Notes under the pieces: model-generated
The model's input: only the letters and a program-made list of their open reading frames with translations
What the model was told of the DNA's origin: nothing
Databases searched by the model: none
Made by a program: the position numbers and the translations under genes
Part shown: positions 50,195-62,190 of the stretch, piece by piece
Numbering within the stretch: the stretch's first letter is position 1
How the letters are laid out: the number at the start of each line of letters is the position of its first letter
Origin: Octopus sinensis
Taxonomy: Eukaryota
DNA: 64,000 bases
Direction: 5' to 3'
Assembly (NCBI RefSeq): GCF_006345805.1
Contig: NC_042998.1
Coordinates: 160,270,001-160,334,000 of the forward strand

Positions 50195-50595
50195 GATTTC
50201 AAATTTTGGCACAAGGCCAGCAGTTTTGGGGAGGGGTTAAGTTGATTACATTGACCCTAGTGCTCAACCAGTACTTATTTTATTGACCTTGAAAGGATGA
50301 AAGGCAAAGTCAACCCTGGCAGCATCTGAACTCTGAACGTGTCTGCAACCCTAATGTTTCTAGGCAAGGTAATATTTCACCTAACATAGGGAGGCTAGCT
50401 GGTGGAATTATTAGCATGCCTGGAAAATGCTTAGTGCTATTTTGCTCTTCTTTATGTTCTGAGTTCAAATTCCACCAAGGTTGGACTTTGTCTTTCATCT
50501 TTTTGGGGTTGATAAAATAAGTACCAGTTGAACATTGGGATTGATTTTAGATGGCTCCTCAAAATTGCTAGCCTTGTGCCAGAATTTGAAACTAA
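50195..50595. mobile_element. Inverted pair of family-B SINEs (- 50195-50345, + 50390-50595)
   Basis: ggcacaaggccagc...gaactctgaac on the left and gagttcaaattcc...gccttgtgcc on the right. Confidence 0.8.
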
Positions 50596-50911
50596 TATTT
50601 CACTTGGCATGTTTTCTTGAGAGATAGGAAATGGACACAGCATGCATGGCAGTAATGCTTGTTCACAGTTATCACTCAATGTCAAGGCAAGGAGACAATA
50701 ACACATACAATACACATGTGTACACACACATGCATGTATATATATATATATATGATGGGTTTCTTTCAGTTTTTGTCTACCAAATCAACTCACAAGGTTT
50801 TGGTTAACCTGGGGCTATAGTAGAAGACACTTGCCCAAAGTACCATGTAGTGGGACTGAACCCATGCTCACATGGTCAGGAAGCAAGCTTCTTAACTACA
50901 CAGCTAAGCTG

Positions 50912-50956
<45 letters not shown>

Positions 50957-51006
50957 CATATACACACACATGTATATATAAACTCTCACTCTCTCTCTCT
51001 TTCTTT

Positions 51007-51061
<55 letters not shown>

Positions 51062-51410
51062 TTTGGCCTCTTTTACTTGTCTGTAGTTGTTTTAGTGTCT
51101 CCATTCATAAATCTGTCCTAAATCTTCATGAATAAAATATACTGCTGTTATTCTTACAAGTGGCAGGCAATGTGGAGGCTTTATTGATTCGGACAGACTG
51201 GCCAGTCAACTAAGCTTGCCTTGTTGGCTGGTAAATTTCAAGTTAGTCTAGCCATCTTCCAGCCAGTCACCTGATTTATCACTACATTTGTCTCCAGCCC
51301 TTTTATTTATTTATTATTTTTGTTTTCCAGTTTAGACTTTAAACAGAGTCAACCAGTTGTCTGTGGCAAAAATGGAAGAAACCCAGTGAGGTGGGAGGTG
51401 GTGGTGGAGT

Positions 51411-51469
<59 letters not shown>

Positions 51470-52576
51470 GAAAGGATGCCTCTAAGATTAGATAGGGTGT
51501 TGAAAGGCTGCTTTGTAAGAAAGATACGCTGCTGGGGCAAACATATATAATAGTTAGATAAGTTCTTGCAAGAGATGTGATAAGCCTATAAAACTTTCTC
51601 CTCTTTCTTATGGGTGGGTGGTGTGGTGGAGGTTGTGCTGTCAGTGGTGGTGTTGGTGTGGCTCAGACAATGTTATTGTTATGCTTTAAATTTTTGGGTG
51701 GGTATTGGGTGCCACACCTTTTTTAATAATGCTAATGCCAGGCATTGTGCCAAAATAACTGGATCCTCTTGAAGAGAGGATATGGTGTGGTGGTGGGCGA
51801 ACAAAAGATATATAGAGAAGAAAAGGAAGAGGAGGTGAGAGACAATGTGTACTTGCATGCTTTTTGCTTTGACATGCCTGAGCTCATTTCCTGTAAAAAA
51901 AATCCTTCTACATGGGGGTTTTCACGAATTTCTATATGTGTATATTCTATACATGTAATAATTTTTTTTCTTCTTAATCATTAATCAGAGGCAAGGAGAA
52001 ATGAGAGAGAGGAGGGTACATAGCCCCCCCCCCGTAGCTCTTTTAGGCTTTCCTGTGCTTGTTGGAACATTGTTATTTGAAGAGAGAGAAGGGCGGGTGG
52101 GAAAAGATTTAGATTTCTCTATGGAACGTATCTTATGCTGGTGTAGAAGAGGATAATATACATAATACACATCGTCATCATTTCTACCCCTTTCTCTCTC
52201 TCTCTCTCCAGCTGGGGTAACCATATATTTCCTCTACAGTAAGACACCTGTTTTTCTCCCTCTGTCATACTTGAGCCTCTCATCACCTGGCATGAGCCAC
52301 TGTCCTCAATGTCCCCCTCACCACTTCAATTGAGTGATCTTTGTCTTGTAAGTTAGGGATCTCACTCATGCTGGTGTCATGTTTAAAGCACCAAGTCCAC
52401 TCTGTAAAATGACTGGTGTTAGGAAGGGCATCAATTGTAAAAACCATGCCAAAGCAGACAGAGGAGCTTGTGCAGTTCTCTGGCTTACCAGCTCTTGTGA
52501 AACTGCTCAATTCATGCCGGCATGGAAGATGGCTATTAAATGAAGATATATATATATATATTATATATATATATAA

Positions 52577-52644
<68 letters not shown>

Positions 52645-52660
52645 ATATCTATATATATAT

Positions 52661-52874
52661 GGGGTGGTGGGTACTGAAAAGCTCCTGGCTTTAAAGGTAT
52701 TGTAAAAAAAACCTACTTGGAGGCCCGAGTTTTTTTACAGGGCTTAGGAAAACTGAAGGACCATTGCAATAAGTGTGTGAATCTGAGAGAGGAATATATT
52801 GAATAAAATCATAATTAACCGATCCTCCTGTATTTTCTTTTACCCAAAGCCAGGAACTTTTCAGTGTAACCTCA
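52661..52874. mobile_element. Mariner-type MITE
   Basis: TIRs gtactgaaaagctcctggcttt / aaagccaggaactttcagtgt, in TA/CA context. Confidence 0.75.
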
Positions 52875-52919
52875 CACACACACACACACATATATACACA
52901 TGCATACACACGCATGTCT

Positions 52920-53080
52920 ATGTGATGGGCTTCTACACAGTTTCTATCTATCAGATTCACTCACAATACATTTGTCAAGCTGGAGAGCCATATTAGAAAA
53001 TACTTGCCAAAGTAACCCCACAGCGGAACTGAACCCAAAACTACATGGCTGCAAAGCAAACTTCTTAGCCACATAGCCAT
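52920..53080 (-). mobile_element. Family-A SINE head
   Basis: gggcttctacacagtttc...actgaacccaaaactacatgg...ccacatagcc. Confidence 0.75.
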
Positions 53081-53083
53081 ATA

Positions 53084-53831
53084 CTGGGTCTTTCCATAAA
53101 TAAGGCAATTTTTTCAATAGTATGAACTAAAAGTTGGAGGGAGATGGAATAAACTACCTGCATCAGCTTGCTATAAAAGTAGGTAGTAATTTTACCGTGT
53201 GCAAGTTTTGAAGAGTCCAGTTCGATTGTAGCGGTTTTTTCAAAGATACAATGGAAGTGACAAAGGAGCATATTCAGCATATTTTGCTTTATGAGTTCAA
53301 TAAAGGCAACAACACAACGGAAAGTGCGAGGTATATTAATGCAGTATATGAGGATTGGACAATAAGCATAAGCCAGTGTCAACTGTGGTTCCAGAAATTC
53401 CAAACTGGAAATTACAGCCTAAAAGACAAGCCTCATCCTGGAAGATCTGTAGAGGTGAACGAGAATGTCCTGCAAACTCTGGTGGAACAAAATCCCAGCT
53501 TGGATTTGGTCATTCAATCATTGATCGACACCTGCATACTATTGGAAAAGTCAACGAACTGGGTCAATGGGTTCCTCACAAAGTTTCCGAGCCTAATCAT
53601 GCACAGAGAGTGAATGTGTGCTCTTCTTTGCTGTCATGTTTCACAAATGAATCTTTTTTGAATTGAATAGTGACTGGTGACAAGAAATGGGTTCTCTATA
53701 AAAATGTCAAACACTGAAGACAGTGGTTAGGGAAAGAAGAAACACTAGCACCCCAGGCTAAAGAAGGTCTTCACCCTCATAAGGTGTTATCTCTTGGGTG
53801 GGATATAAAAGGTTGAGTTCACTTTGAACTT
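53084..53831 (+). mobile_element. Mariner 5' half (mellifera-like), right part missing
   Basis: TA-ctgggtctttccataaataa left end. MEVTKEHIQHILLYEFNKG HTH, GQWVPH linker, IVTGDKKWVLYKN and GLHPHKVL..WDIKG.VHFEL, where homology stops. Confidence 0.9.
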
Positions 53832-53884
53832 TATAGAAGTAAAGGGCTAAAAATTATATTCATCTCTCAGATGCTCTCCTTGTC

Positions 53885-54345
53885 TTAGAGGCAACAATTA
53901 TAACAGGTAGTCACAAAGGAGAAAATGTCTTTATTCCAAAAATTCCTCTCATACTTACAGATGTTCCATTTGAATTAAAGATGCTTCAGTTTCTAATCAA
54001 ACTAAGCTTTGGTATTTCAATTAACAAATCTCAGAGTCAGTCCCTCGAGGTAGTTGGACTCTCTACTACATGCTTCTCCCACGACCAACTCTGCATTGTG
54101 AGTTTGAAGCAGCAATAGTTTATTCATTTTGACACCAACAAAAAATTAAACAATGAATATTGTTTACCCTGAGGTGCTTCGACATTGACAGATTTTTAGT
54201 TAAAAATTCTATTAACATTACAATTTGGATATTTTTTAATAAAATATAGATATTTTGAAATAATTTTGAGAATATGTCTTTATATTTATTGTTTATTAAT
54301 CTGAATAAGGACAGCAGTAACCCGGCAATGCTGGGTCATTCAGCA

Positions 54346-54347
<2 letters not shown>
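53885..54347 (+). mobile_element. Helitron 3' end: RepHel helicase C-terminus plus terminal hairpin
   Basis: LEATIITGSHKGENVFIPKIPLI..DVPF..K.LQF.IKLSF.ISINKSQ.QSL.VVGL...CFSH.QL, then (frameshift) MNIVYPEVL. Hairpin ACCCGGC-AAT-GCTGGGT at 54320-54336, then CAAG|T (CTAG-like) at 54344-48. Confidence 0.88.
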
Positions 54348-54426
<79 letters not shown>

Positions 54427-54550
54427 CATACACACATACATACACACACACATATATGTACATATATATACACATACACATATATAGAGATACACACATG
54501 TAAATATATATATGTACATATATATATATATGTATGTATGTATGTATATA

Positions 54551-54935
54551 GACGTGGCTGTGTGGTAAGAAGCTTGCTTCTCAACCACATGGTTCTGGGT
54601 TCAGTCCCACTGCGTGACACCTTGGGCAGGCATCTTCTGCTATAACCAGGGCCTTATGAGTGGATTTGGTAGATGGAAACCGAAAGAAGCTCATTGTATA
54701 CATATATATATATATATATGTATATGTTTGTGTGTCTGTGTTTGTTCCCCCACCATCACTTGACAACTGATGTTGGGGTCTTTACATCCCCATAACTTAG
54801 TGGTTTGGCAAAAAAATGACTGATAGAATATGTACTAGGCTTACAAAGAATAAGTCCTGGGGTCAATTTGCTTGACTAAATGTAGTGCTCCAGCATAGCC
54901 ACAGTCAAATGACTGGAACAAATGAAAAACAAAAA
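54551..54935 (+). mobile_element. Full-length family-A SINE with internal microsatellite
   Basis: Head gtggctgtgtggtaag, internal (TA)n/(TG)n, tail gtttgttccccc..cttagtggtttggcaaa..gactggaacaaatgaaaa. Confidence 0.85.
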
Positions 54936-55845
54936 AAGGGATATACATACCTATATATGTATGTATATGTATATATATATTTATACACACACACATACAC
55001 ACAGTGGCAAGCTTTTTTTTTTAGTTTTTACCTTACAAATTTACTTGCATGGCTTTGGTCAACATGGGGCTACATTTGAAAACAATTGTGAAAAGCTGTT
55101 ATGAAGTGGGATTGAACCTGAAACCACATGAGTGCAAAGCAACACACACACAGCCACTCTCATATTTAGTTTATGAATTAACCAACAAATACACACACAC
55201 ACACAAACGCATGTGTAAATATTTATTAATGATCATGCTGTCCTGTAAATTAATATAGAAAGACATTGTCTTGTCTTCTGTGTGTAGTTATTGCTATTTA
55301 TAAGGTCCTGTGCATTCATGTTAATGGATTTGTATGTATTGATTATATTAATAACCATTTTTTTTTGTCTCTCTCTCTGTCTCTGTCCAAAAATAAAGTA
55401 AGCAACTGACATAAGATTATTTCTACCATGAAAAGGGACCTGTATATATTTCCTTATGCCTACTTCTAATCTTTTCCTTGAATAATCTTTGCTACTGTTA
55501 TATGTTCTAAGTGAAAGACAAAAAAAAAAAAAAAAGATAACTCTACAGCTTTTTTTAAATTTTATTATTTTTCTTATTTTGGTGTTTTCTTTGGTGCTTC
55601 TATAGCAAAGAAGTTGACTTTATCTTTTGTTACTTCTTCAACATGCTTCATGCATAATAATACTCTTTTATGTTTTTCGACAGACCTAATTTATCCGGTT
55701 GAGTGTTGTATCTTCAATGCCTTCACTCTTACTTCGTGTATGTTTATTTTGTGTGTCACATTATTTAAAAAAAAATTTACTTGTTTGTTTGAATGTGTGT
55801 GTAGATACACACAGCCACACATGCATGCACACACAAACCTATGTA

Positions 55846-55904
55846 TGTGTGTGTGTGTGGTGTGTGTGTGTATATATATATATATAATATATATATATAT
55901 ATAT

Positions 55905-55971
<67 letters not shown>

Positions 55972-56170
55972 TCATATATATATAAATATAAATGTATGTA
56001 TGGGTGTATGTATATGTGTGTATATATACATACACATAGATGTGCATATATATGTATATACATATGCTTATATACGCATAGATATGCATATACATATATA
56101 TATAAACATATTTGTATGTATACATAGATGCATATGTCTGTATGTGTGTATGTATATATACCTATATTTG

Positions 56171-56218
<48 letters not shown>

Positions 56219-56774
56219 TACATACATGCTCATAACTGATATTGTTTTTTGTTCATGTAGTCATTGTTGTCTTCTTTTTTTTTCCAGATTTTAATTTATT
56301 TATTTCATCCCAAAATAAACTGTCTGGGTGTTAAGTTGAATGGAGACACTTCTGATGGGTGCACTGATTGGTACTTTTCCAGTAAGAGAAAAGGATCATT
56401 TATGTTCTTGTAACACTTTTTTGTCAACCTGACTCATTTCTTTCTGCCGTGATGCAGAAACAAAACATAACAAAAGTGTTAACATTCATATAAATAGCCA
56501 TATTAAACACTGTTTCTCTGAAGAGGTCAAGACTTTCCTTTTGCATGTCTTGGATGTATGTGTGTGTATGTTAGTGTTTGTGTATGTGTTTGTTTGTTGT
56601 GTGTGTGAACAAGTATGTGCCTATTTATTTGTTTATGTACGTGTCCATGTGTAGATATATCTATATCTGCATAGGTATGTGTCTGTGTTTGGAATGTGTG
56701 TGTATGTATGTGTATATGACTGTGTAGGTATGTGTGTGCATACCTACATATATATATATATGTGTGTGTGTGTG

Positions 56775-56830
<56 letters not shown>

Positions 56831-57094
56831 TTATATATATTTGTGTATGTGTGTGTATATATATATATATATATATAATATATATATATATATCATCATA
56901 TATATATAAATATAAATGTATGTATGGGTGTATGTATATGTGTGTATATATACATACACATAGATGTGCATATATATGTATATACATATGCTTATATACG
57001 CATAGATATGCATATACATATATATATAAACATATTTGTATGTATACATAGATGCATATGTCTGTATGTGTGTATGTATATATACCTATATTTG

Positions 57095-57155
<61 letters not shown>

Positions 57156-57742
57156 ATATATATATATATACACACATACATACATGCTCATAACTGATAT
57201 TGTTTTTTGTTCATGTAGTCATTGTTGTCTTCTTTTTTTTTTCCAGATTTTAATTTATTTATTTCATCCCAAAATAAACTGTCTGGGTGTTAAGTTGAAT
57301 GGAGACACTTCTGATGGGTGCACTGATTGGTACTTTTCCAGTAAGAGAAAAGGATCATTTATGTTCTTGTAACACTTTTTTGTCAACCTGACTCATTTCT
57401 TTCTGCCGTGATGCAGAAACAAAACATAACAAAAGTGTTAAACATTCATATAAATAGCCATATTAAACACTGTTTCTCTGAAGAGGTCAAGACTTTCCTT
57501 TTGCATGTCTTGGATGTATGTGTGTGTATGTTAGTGTTTGTGTTTGTGTATGTGTTTGTTTGTTGTGTGTGTGAACAAGTATGTGCCTATTTATTTGTTT
57601 ATGTACGTGTCCATGTGTAGATATATCTATATCTGCATAGGTATGTGTCTGTGTTTGGAATGTGTGTGTATGTATGTGTATATGACTGTGTAGGTATGTG
57701 TGTGCATACCTACATATATATATATATGTGTGTGTGTGTGTA
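55846..57742. repeat. ~960-bp direct tandem duplication
   Basis: Offset is 958 at tacatgctcataactg (56223 vs 57181). The unique part matches except for homopolymer/STR indels, and the junctions lie in (TA)n(TG)n. Confidence 0.95.
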
Positions 57743-57820
57743 TAAATTTATGTGCATATACATATATGTGTATATAGATGTATGTATGTATGTATATATA
57801 TATGTGTGTGTATATATATA

Positions 57821-58203
57821 TTTACTCATTTACTTGTTTCAGTCATTTGACTGCAGCCATGCTGGAGCACTGCCTTTAGTCGAGCAAATTGACCCCAGGA
57901 CTTATTCTTTGTAAGCCTAGTACTTATTCTATCTGTCTCTTTTCCTGAACTGCTAAGTTACAGGGACATAAACACACCACCATCAATTGTCAAGCGATGT
58001 TGGGGGAACAAACACAGACACACAAACATATACACATATATAATATATACAACGGGGTTCTTTCAGTTTCTGTGTACCAAATCCACTCACAAGGCTTTGG
58101 TCGGCCTGAGGCTATAGTAGAAGACACTTGCTCAAGGTGCCACACACTGGGACCGAACCTGGAACCATGTGGTTGGTAAACAGGCTACTTACCACACAGC
58201 TAC

Positions 58204-58206
<3 letters not shown>
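57821..58206 (-). mobile_element. Full-length, relatively young family-A SINE
   Basis: Complete tail, internal CA/TA tract and head. Several CpGs are retained. Confidence 0.9.
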
Positions 58207-58271
<65 letters not shown>

Positions 58272-58282
58272 TATATATATAT

Positions 58283-58625
58283 CGGTCGTATAAACAGAGA
58301 GGTGTAGGTTTGAGTCCCACGCATACAGGAAAACCTACTTTTTTCTATTGAGGGTTTATATGCCCCATTATTAAATCATTGTGTGGTGATTGCTATAAGC
58401 TTTGAGCTTATAAAATATTATTATATATATATATGAATAAAATATTCTATAATGATGTACATAATTATAATCAGGGGTTAGCTAGAGGCCTCGCCACGTA
58501 CTGAATTAGGGTTAGGTACATGGCGAGGCATTTAGCTGACCCCTGATTATAATTAGGTATATAATTATAGAATATGTTGTATAATTCACCTAAAAAGGTT
58601 TTTTTAACATACTTTTAATTAATAT
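58283..58625. other. Unclassified ~340-bp element with a long central hairpin, flanked by (TA)n
   Basis: Arms 58442-58501 and 58516-58575, loop tgaattagggttag. Smaller hairpins at 58394-58412 (tataagct/agcttata) and gtaggttt/aaacctac near 58305-58338. Confidence 0.7.
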
Positions 58626-58686
58626 TATATATATATATACACACTCATACCCATGTGCACACATTTCATATACAAGATATATAAGT

Positions 58687-59085
58687 GCAGGCATAGTTGT
58701 ATGGCAAGAAATTTGCTTCCCAACACCGTAGTTCTGGGTTCAGTCCCACTTCATGGCTCCTTGGGCAAGTGTCTTCTACTAAAGGCTTGGGTTGACCAAA
58801 GCATTATGAGTGGATTTGGTAGATGTGCACTGAAAGAAGCCCATTGTATATGTGTGTGTGTATGCATTTGTCATTGTATCTGTGTTTGTCCCCCATTACT
58901 GCTTGACAATTGGTTTTGGTGTGTTTTCATCCTTGTAACTTAGCAGTTTAGTGAAAGAGACTGATAGAATAAGTACCAACCAGGTTTTAAAGAAAAAAAA
59001 TCCTGGGGGTCAATCCATTCAACTAAAAATTCTTCAAGGCGGTGCCCATGTATGGCCACAGTCTAATGAAGGAAATAAGTAGAAA
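58687..59085 (+). mobile_element. Full-length family-A SINE
   Basis: Head, TG tract and tail as in other copies. Confidence 0.85.
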
Positions 59086-60156
59086 TTAAAATTTACAAAA
59101 TGTATATGTATACATTCCTTTAGAATAAATGTTATTTTTACTAGCTTTTGCTCCCTTTCTTTTCTCACCACTCACTCCAATTCTCAATCTTCTTGCAACA
59201 ATGACAAATGGGATTGTTGGAAAATCTATACAGCTTCCCTATGTTAATGATAGTAATTGCAAGTTTGTTGTTTTGAATCCTTAAGTATTCATTCCTGTAT
59301 TCTATATATGAGTGTGTGTTTTGTATGTATATGCTAAATGAGACAGGAGTGATGAAAGGTGAAGCGGCTAAGGTAGGCAAATGCAAGCTCATGTGTTGCC
59401 ATTGATTCATATCCTACTGAGAATAGGTATCTCTATGAATTTTTGAAAATATTTAAATGTAATTTCTACTGCACTGTTTCTTGGAGAGCATCCAAAAAGA
59501 AACATTTTAATATGTCATTTATGAAATTTGGATAAATATTTTAGGAAATATGACAATTTGAATGGTCAACAAATTGGTCAAAATCTTGCATAAATGGCCT
59601 AAATGAATAATTAGCCATATTTGTGATGTCATATCTTTGAAACTGAGGTGATAAGCATCTTCAAATTATGCAAATAGTGACTGTAGTATAGCAGTTGCAT
59701 GATTTTTTTCTTTTTTTTTCAGATTCTTGGAAAGGAAACATTTTTTTTTGGCAATTTTAGAAATATTTATGTGAAGCCTTTCACAGTGTTTTTAGACATA
59801 TCTAAATTCAAAAGTACGAGCCACTGGAACTTGAATTTTGACACATTTGTAATAAGTATGGAGGTAAATAAATCATGAGATTTTTGGGACTTGATACCAT
59901 TTCAATAAAATTTTAATAGACTGTTTAAAAGGACTGTAAATGGTGGAGCTTCAGATCAGGACGTTCACATAAGTTAGATAATCTCTGTTTGGATAGGGAT
60001 TTGTTTTGCTCACAGCCTTGGAAATAATGGGGTGGGGAGCTTTTTTATGAAAAAAAAAAAAATTTCAAAAATTTATGACTGTATCAGCCTCACTAATTGA
60101 AGTTGGATGGCAGAGGAGGTTATAAGCACTGGCCCTCCTCTAATTATCTTATAAAG

Positions 60157-60570
60157 TGCTGATATAGTTGTGTGGTTAAGGAGTTTACTTTGAAACCACA
60201 TAGTCTATGGTTCAGTCCCACTGCTTGGCACCTTGGGAAAGTGTCTTCTACTATAGCCTCAGGTTGATCAAATCCTTGTGAGTGGTTCTGGTAGACAGAA
60301 ACTGAAAGTGTGTGTGTATGTGTGTGTGTATATATATATATATACACATATGTGTGTGTGACTGTGTGTCCCCACCCCCATACTACTGTTTGAGAACCGA
60401 TGTTGGTGTGTTTACATTCCTGTAAGTTAGCAGTCCAGCAAAAGCGGCCAATAGAATAAGTATTAAAAAAAAAAAGATCTGGGGGTCAATTTATTTAACT
60501 AAAACTCGTCAAGGCAGTGCCCCAGTATGGATGGTGTAAAACGACTGAAACAAGTAAAAAATAAAAAAAA
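60157..60570 (+). mobile_element. Full-length family-A SINE
   Basis: Head, TG/TA tract and tail as in other copies. Confidence 0.85.
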
Positions 60571-61599
60571 ATAATAAAAGAAGCATAAACATAAGTAATG
60601 GGATCAATATGTTAAATTAAAAATCCTTCAGTATGGTGCTCTAGTATGGCCACTGTCCAGTGACTGAAATAATTGAAAGAGTATACATATGTAGGTGTGT
60701 ATGTGTACATGTGTGTGCATTCAACTTGTGAGGAGAGCAATTTGAAATGGATTGTATGTTCTTGTGTGTGTATTGTAAATGTTTGTTTGAAATTACATTA
60801 ATTAAAAGTGGATATCTTTTCTCTAAGATATGCAGTTGAATATATTATTATGAGGCTTATTTATCTCATGTCTGTGTGATTACACCAGAAATTTAGAATT
60901 GAGTTTGACGTTTTAACAGTAAAGTATCTGACTATTAAATAGATCTGACTTTGATCTTTGTCTAATTCTATATTTTATTTATTTTCCTCTATCTTGTGTG
61001 TGTGTGTATGTGTTTCTGTAGGTAATTATATATTAGGTCTTATCCATAGTTTCAGAAACATGTTGAAGTGAATGCTAGTGATCTTTACAGGGTGTGAAGT
61101 AAGTTGCTTTGCTAGTATTTACTTGAACACCTACATAAAACCAAGGCATGTATTTAATTATACATTTGTCTATACACATGTTTGGATGCACACATGCGCA
61201 CACACAAACACGCACACTCATGCAGATACACATACACAAAAACAAGCACATGCTGATATGTAACAGACTCTAAACATTTTGTTACAAGTATGTATTGAAC
61301 ACTTTAATTTTAATCCACATAAACCACAACACACATCCTATATAAACAAACATATGTGTGTGTATAGAAGATGCGTTGTGATTTTTATATATACAACCAA
61401 AGTGTGCATGACTGTAGTGAGTAAATATAGTTTAGTGTATGCAAACAAAAAGAGAGTAGATTATACATGTAACAGATGTTCATTTATTTAAATATTTTAA
61501 CATGCAATTTTGGAGCACACTTAACACTAAAAAATCAGTTTCTGTATTTTGAAATTATGTGAATTTCAAGGACCATGACACAAATGTATCTTTACATAA

Positions 61600-62190
61600 T
61601 GAAAGTGTCATGGTGGTATGAAAGGGCCCATGAGTTATAGCAGATTACTGATATTGTGATTTAAGAAGGTTCTTCTATTATGAGTTGAAGACAGGTTATG
61701 GACACAGATGATTAAATCATTCCAATATTTATAGGGGATGGTAAAATGTTGCTGAGTGATTTAAAGATTATTCTGAAAAATGGTCTTGAGCTTTTTCAGC
61801 TATGTCTTGAACACACAGGACCCTGTTGAGCCTAAACTCATCAGAGGCCTGTCTTTAGAGCAGTTGGATGATCCGTATCATCAACTGCGACCACTGATAT
61901 AAATTACCAATGAATGGATGAATTGATTTGTGTAGACTAAATCCACTTGCTGGAGATTAATGTCAATGGTTACAGAGTTTATGGTCTCTTGCTTGCTTTA
62001 CTTTCAATGCTGGTTTTTCCCTTTTTAAAACTTCATCTATTTGTGTATATTGCTTTTGTCAGTGCTGTTATCTCTGTAAACAACCTCTAGCCTTTTGTGG
62101 ATACCTGCACTTCCTCTTTCATCAAGAACTCAATCACAGCATATTACTTTTGCTTGGAACCCCTTATTTGCCTGAAATGGAGAAGGGTTA
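61600..62190 (-). pseudogene. Old mariner transposase N-terminal relic
   Basis: Minus-strand translation across frameshifts gives AVIEFLMKE..IHKRLEVVY.D....SNIHK*MKF*KG..SIESK...RP, resembling the mariner HTH (QRAVIEFL..IH.RL..VYG). Confidence 0.5.

Noticed and set aside
54274-57193. Many overlapping Y/I/C/V/H/T-rich ORFs (also 8493-8920, 6210-7216, 29655-29948)
   Set aside because: They are translations of (TA)n, (TG)n and (TATG)n tracts, which lack stops in some frames.
59165-60145. Possible LINE Cys-rich C-terminal relic (59165-59410 -) and a possible DNA-transposon-like stretch after it
   Set aside because: Only one CxxC-like motif, and no termini or TSD could be identified.
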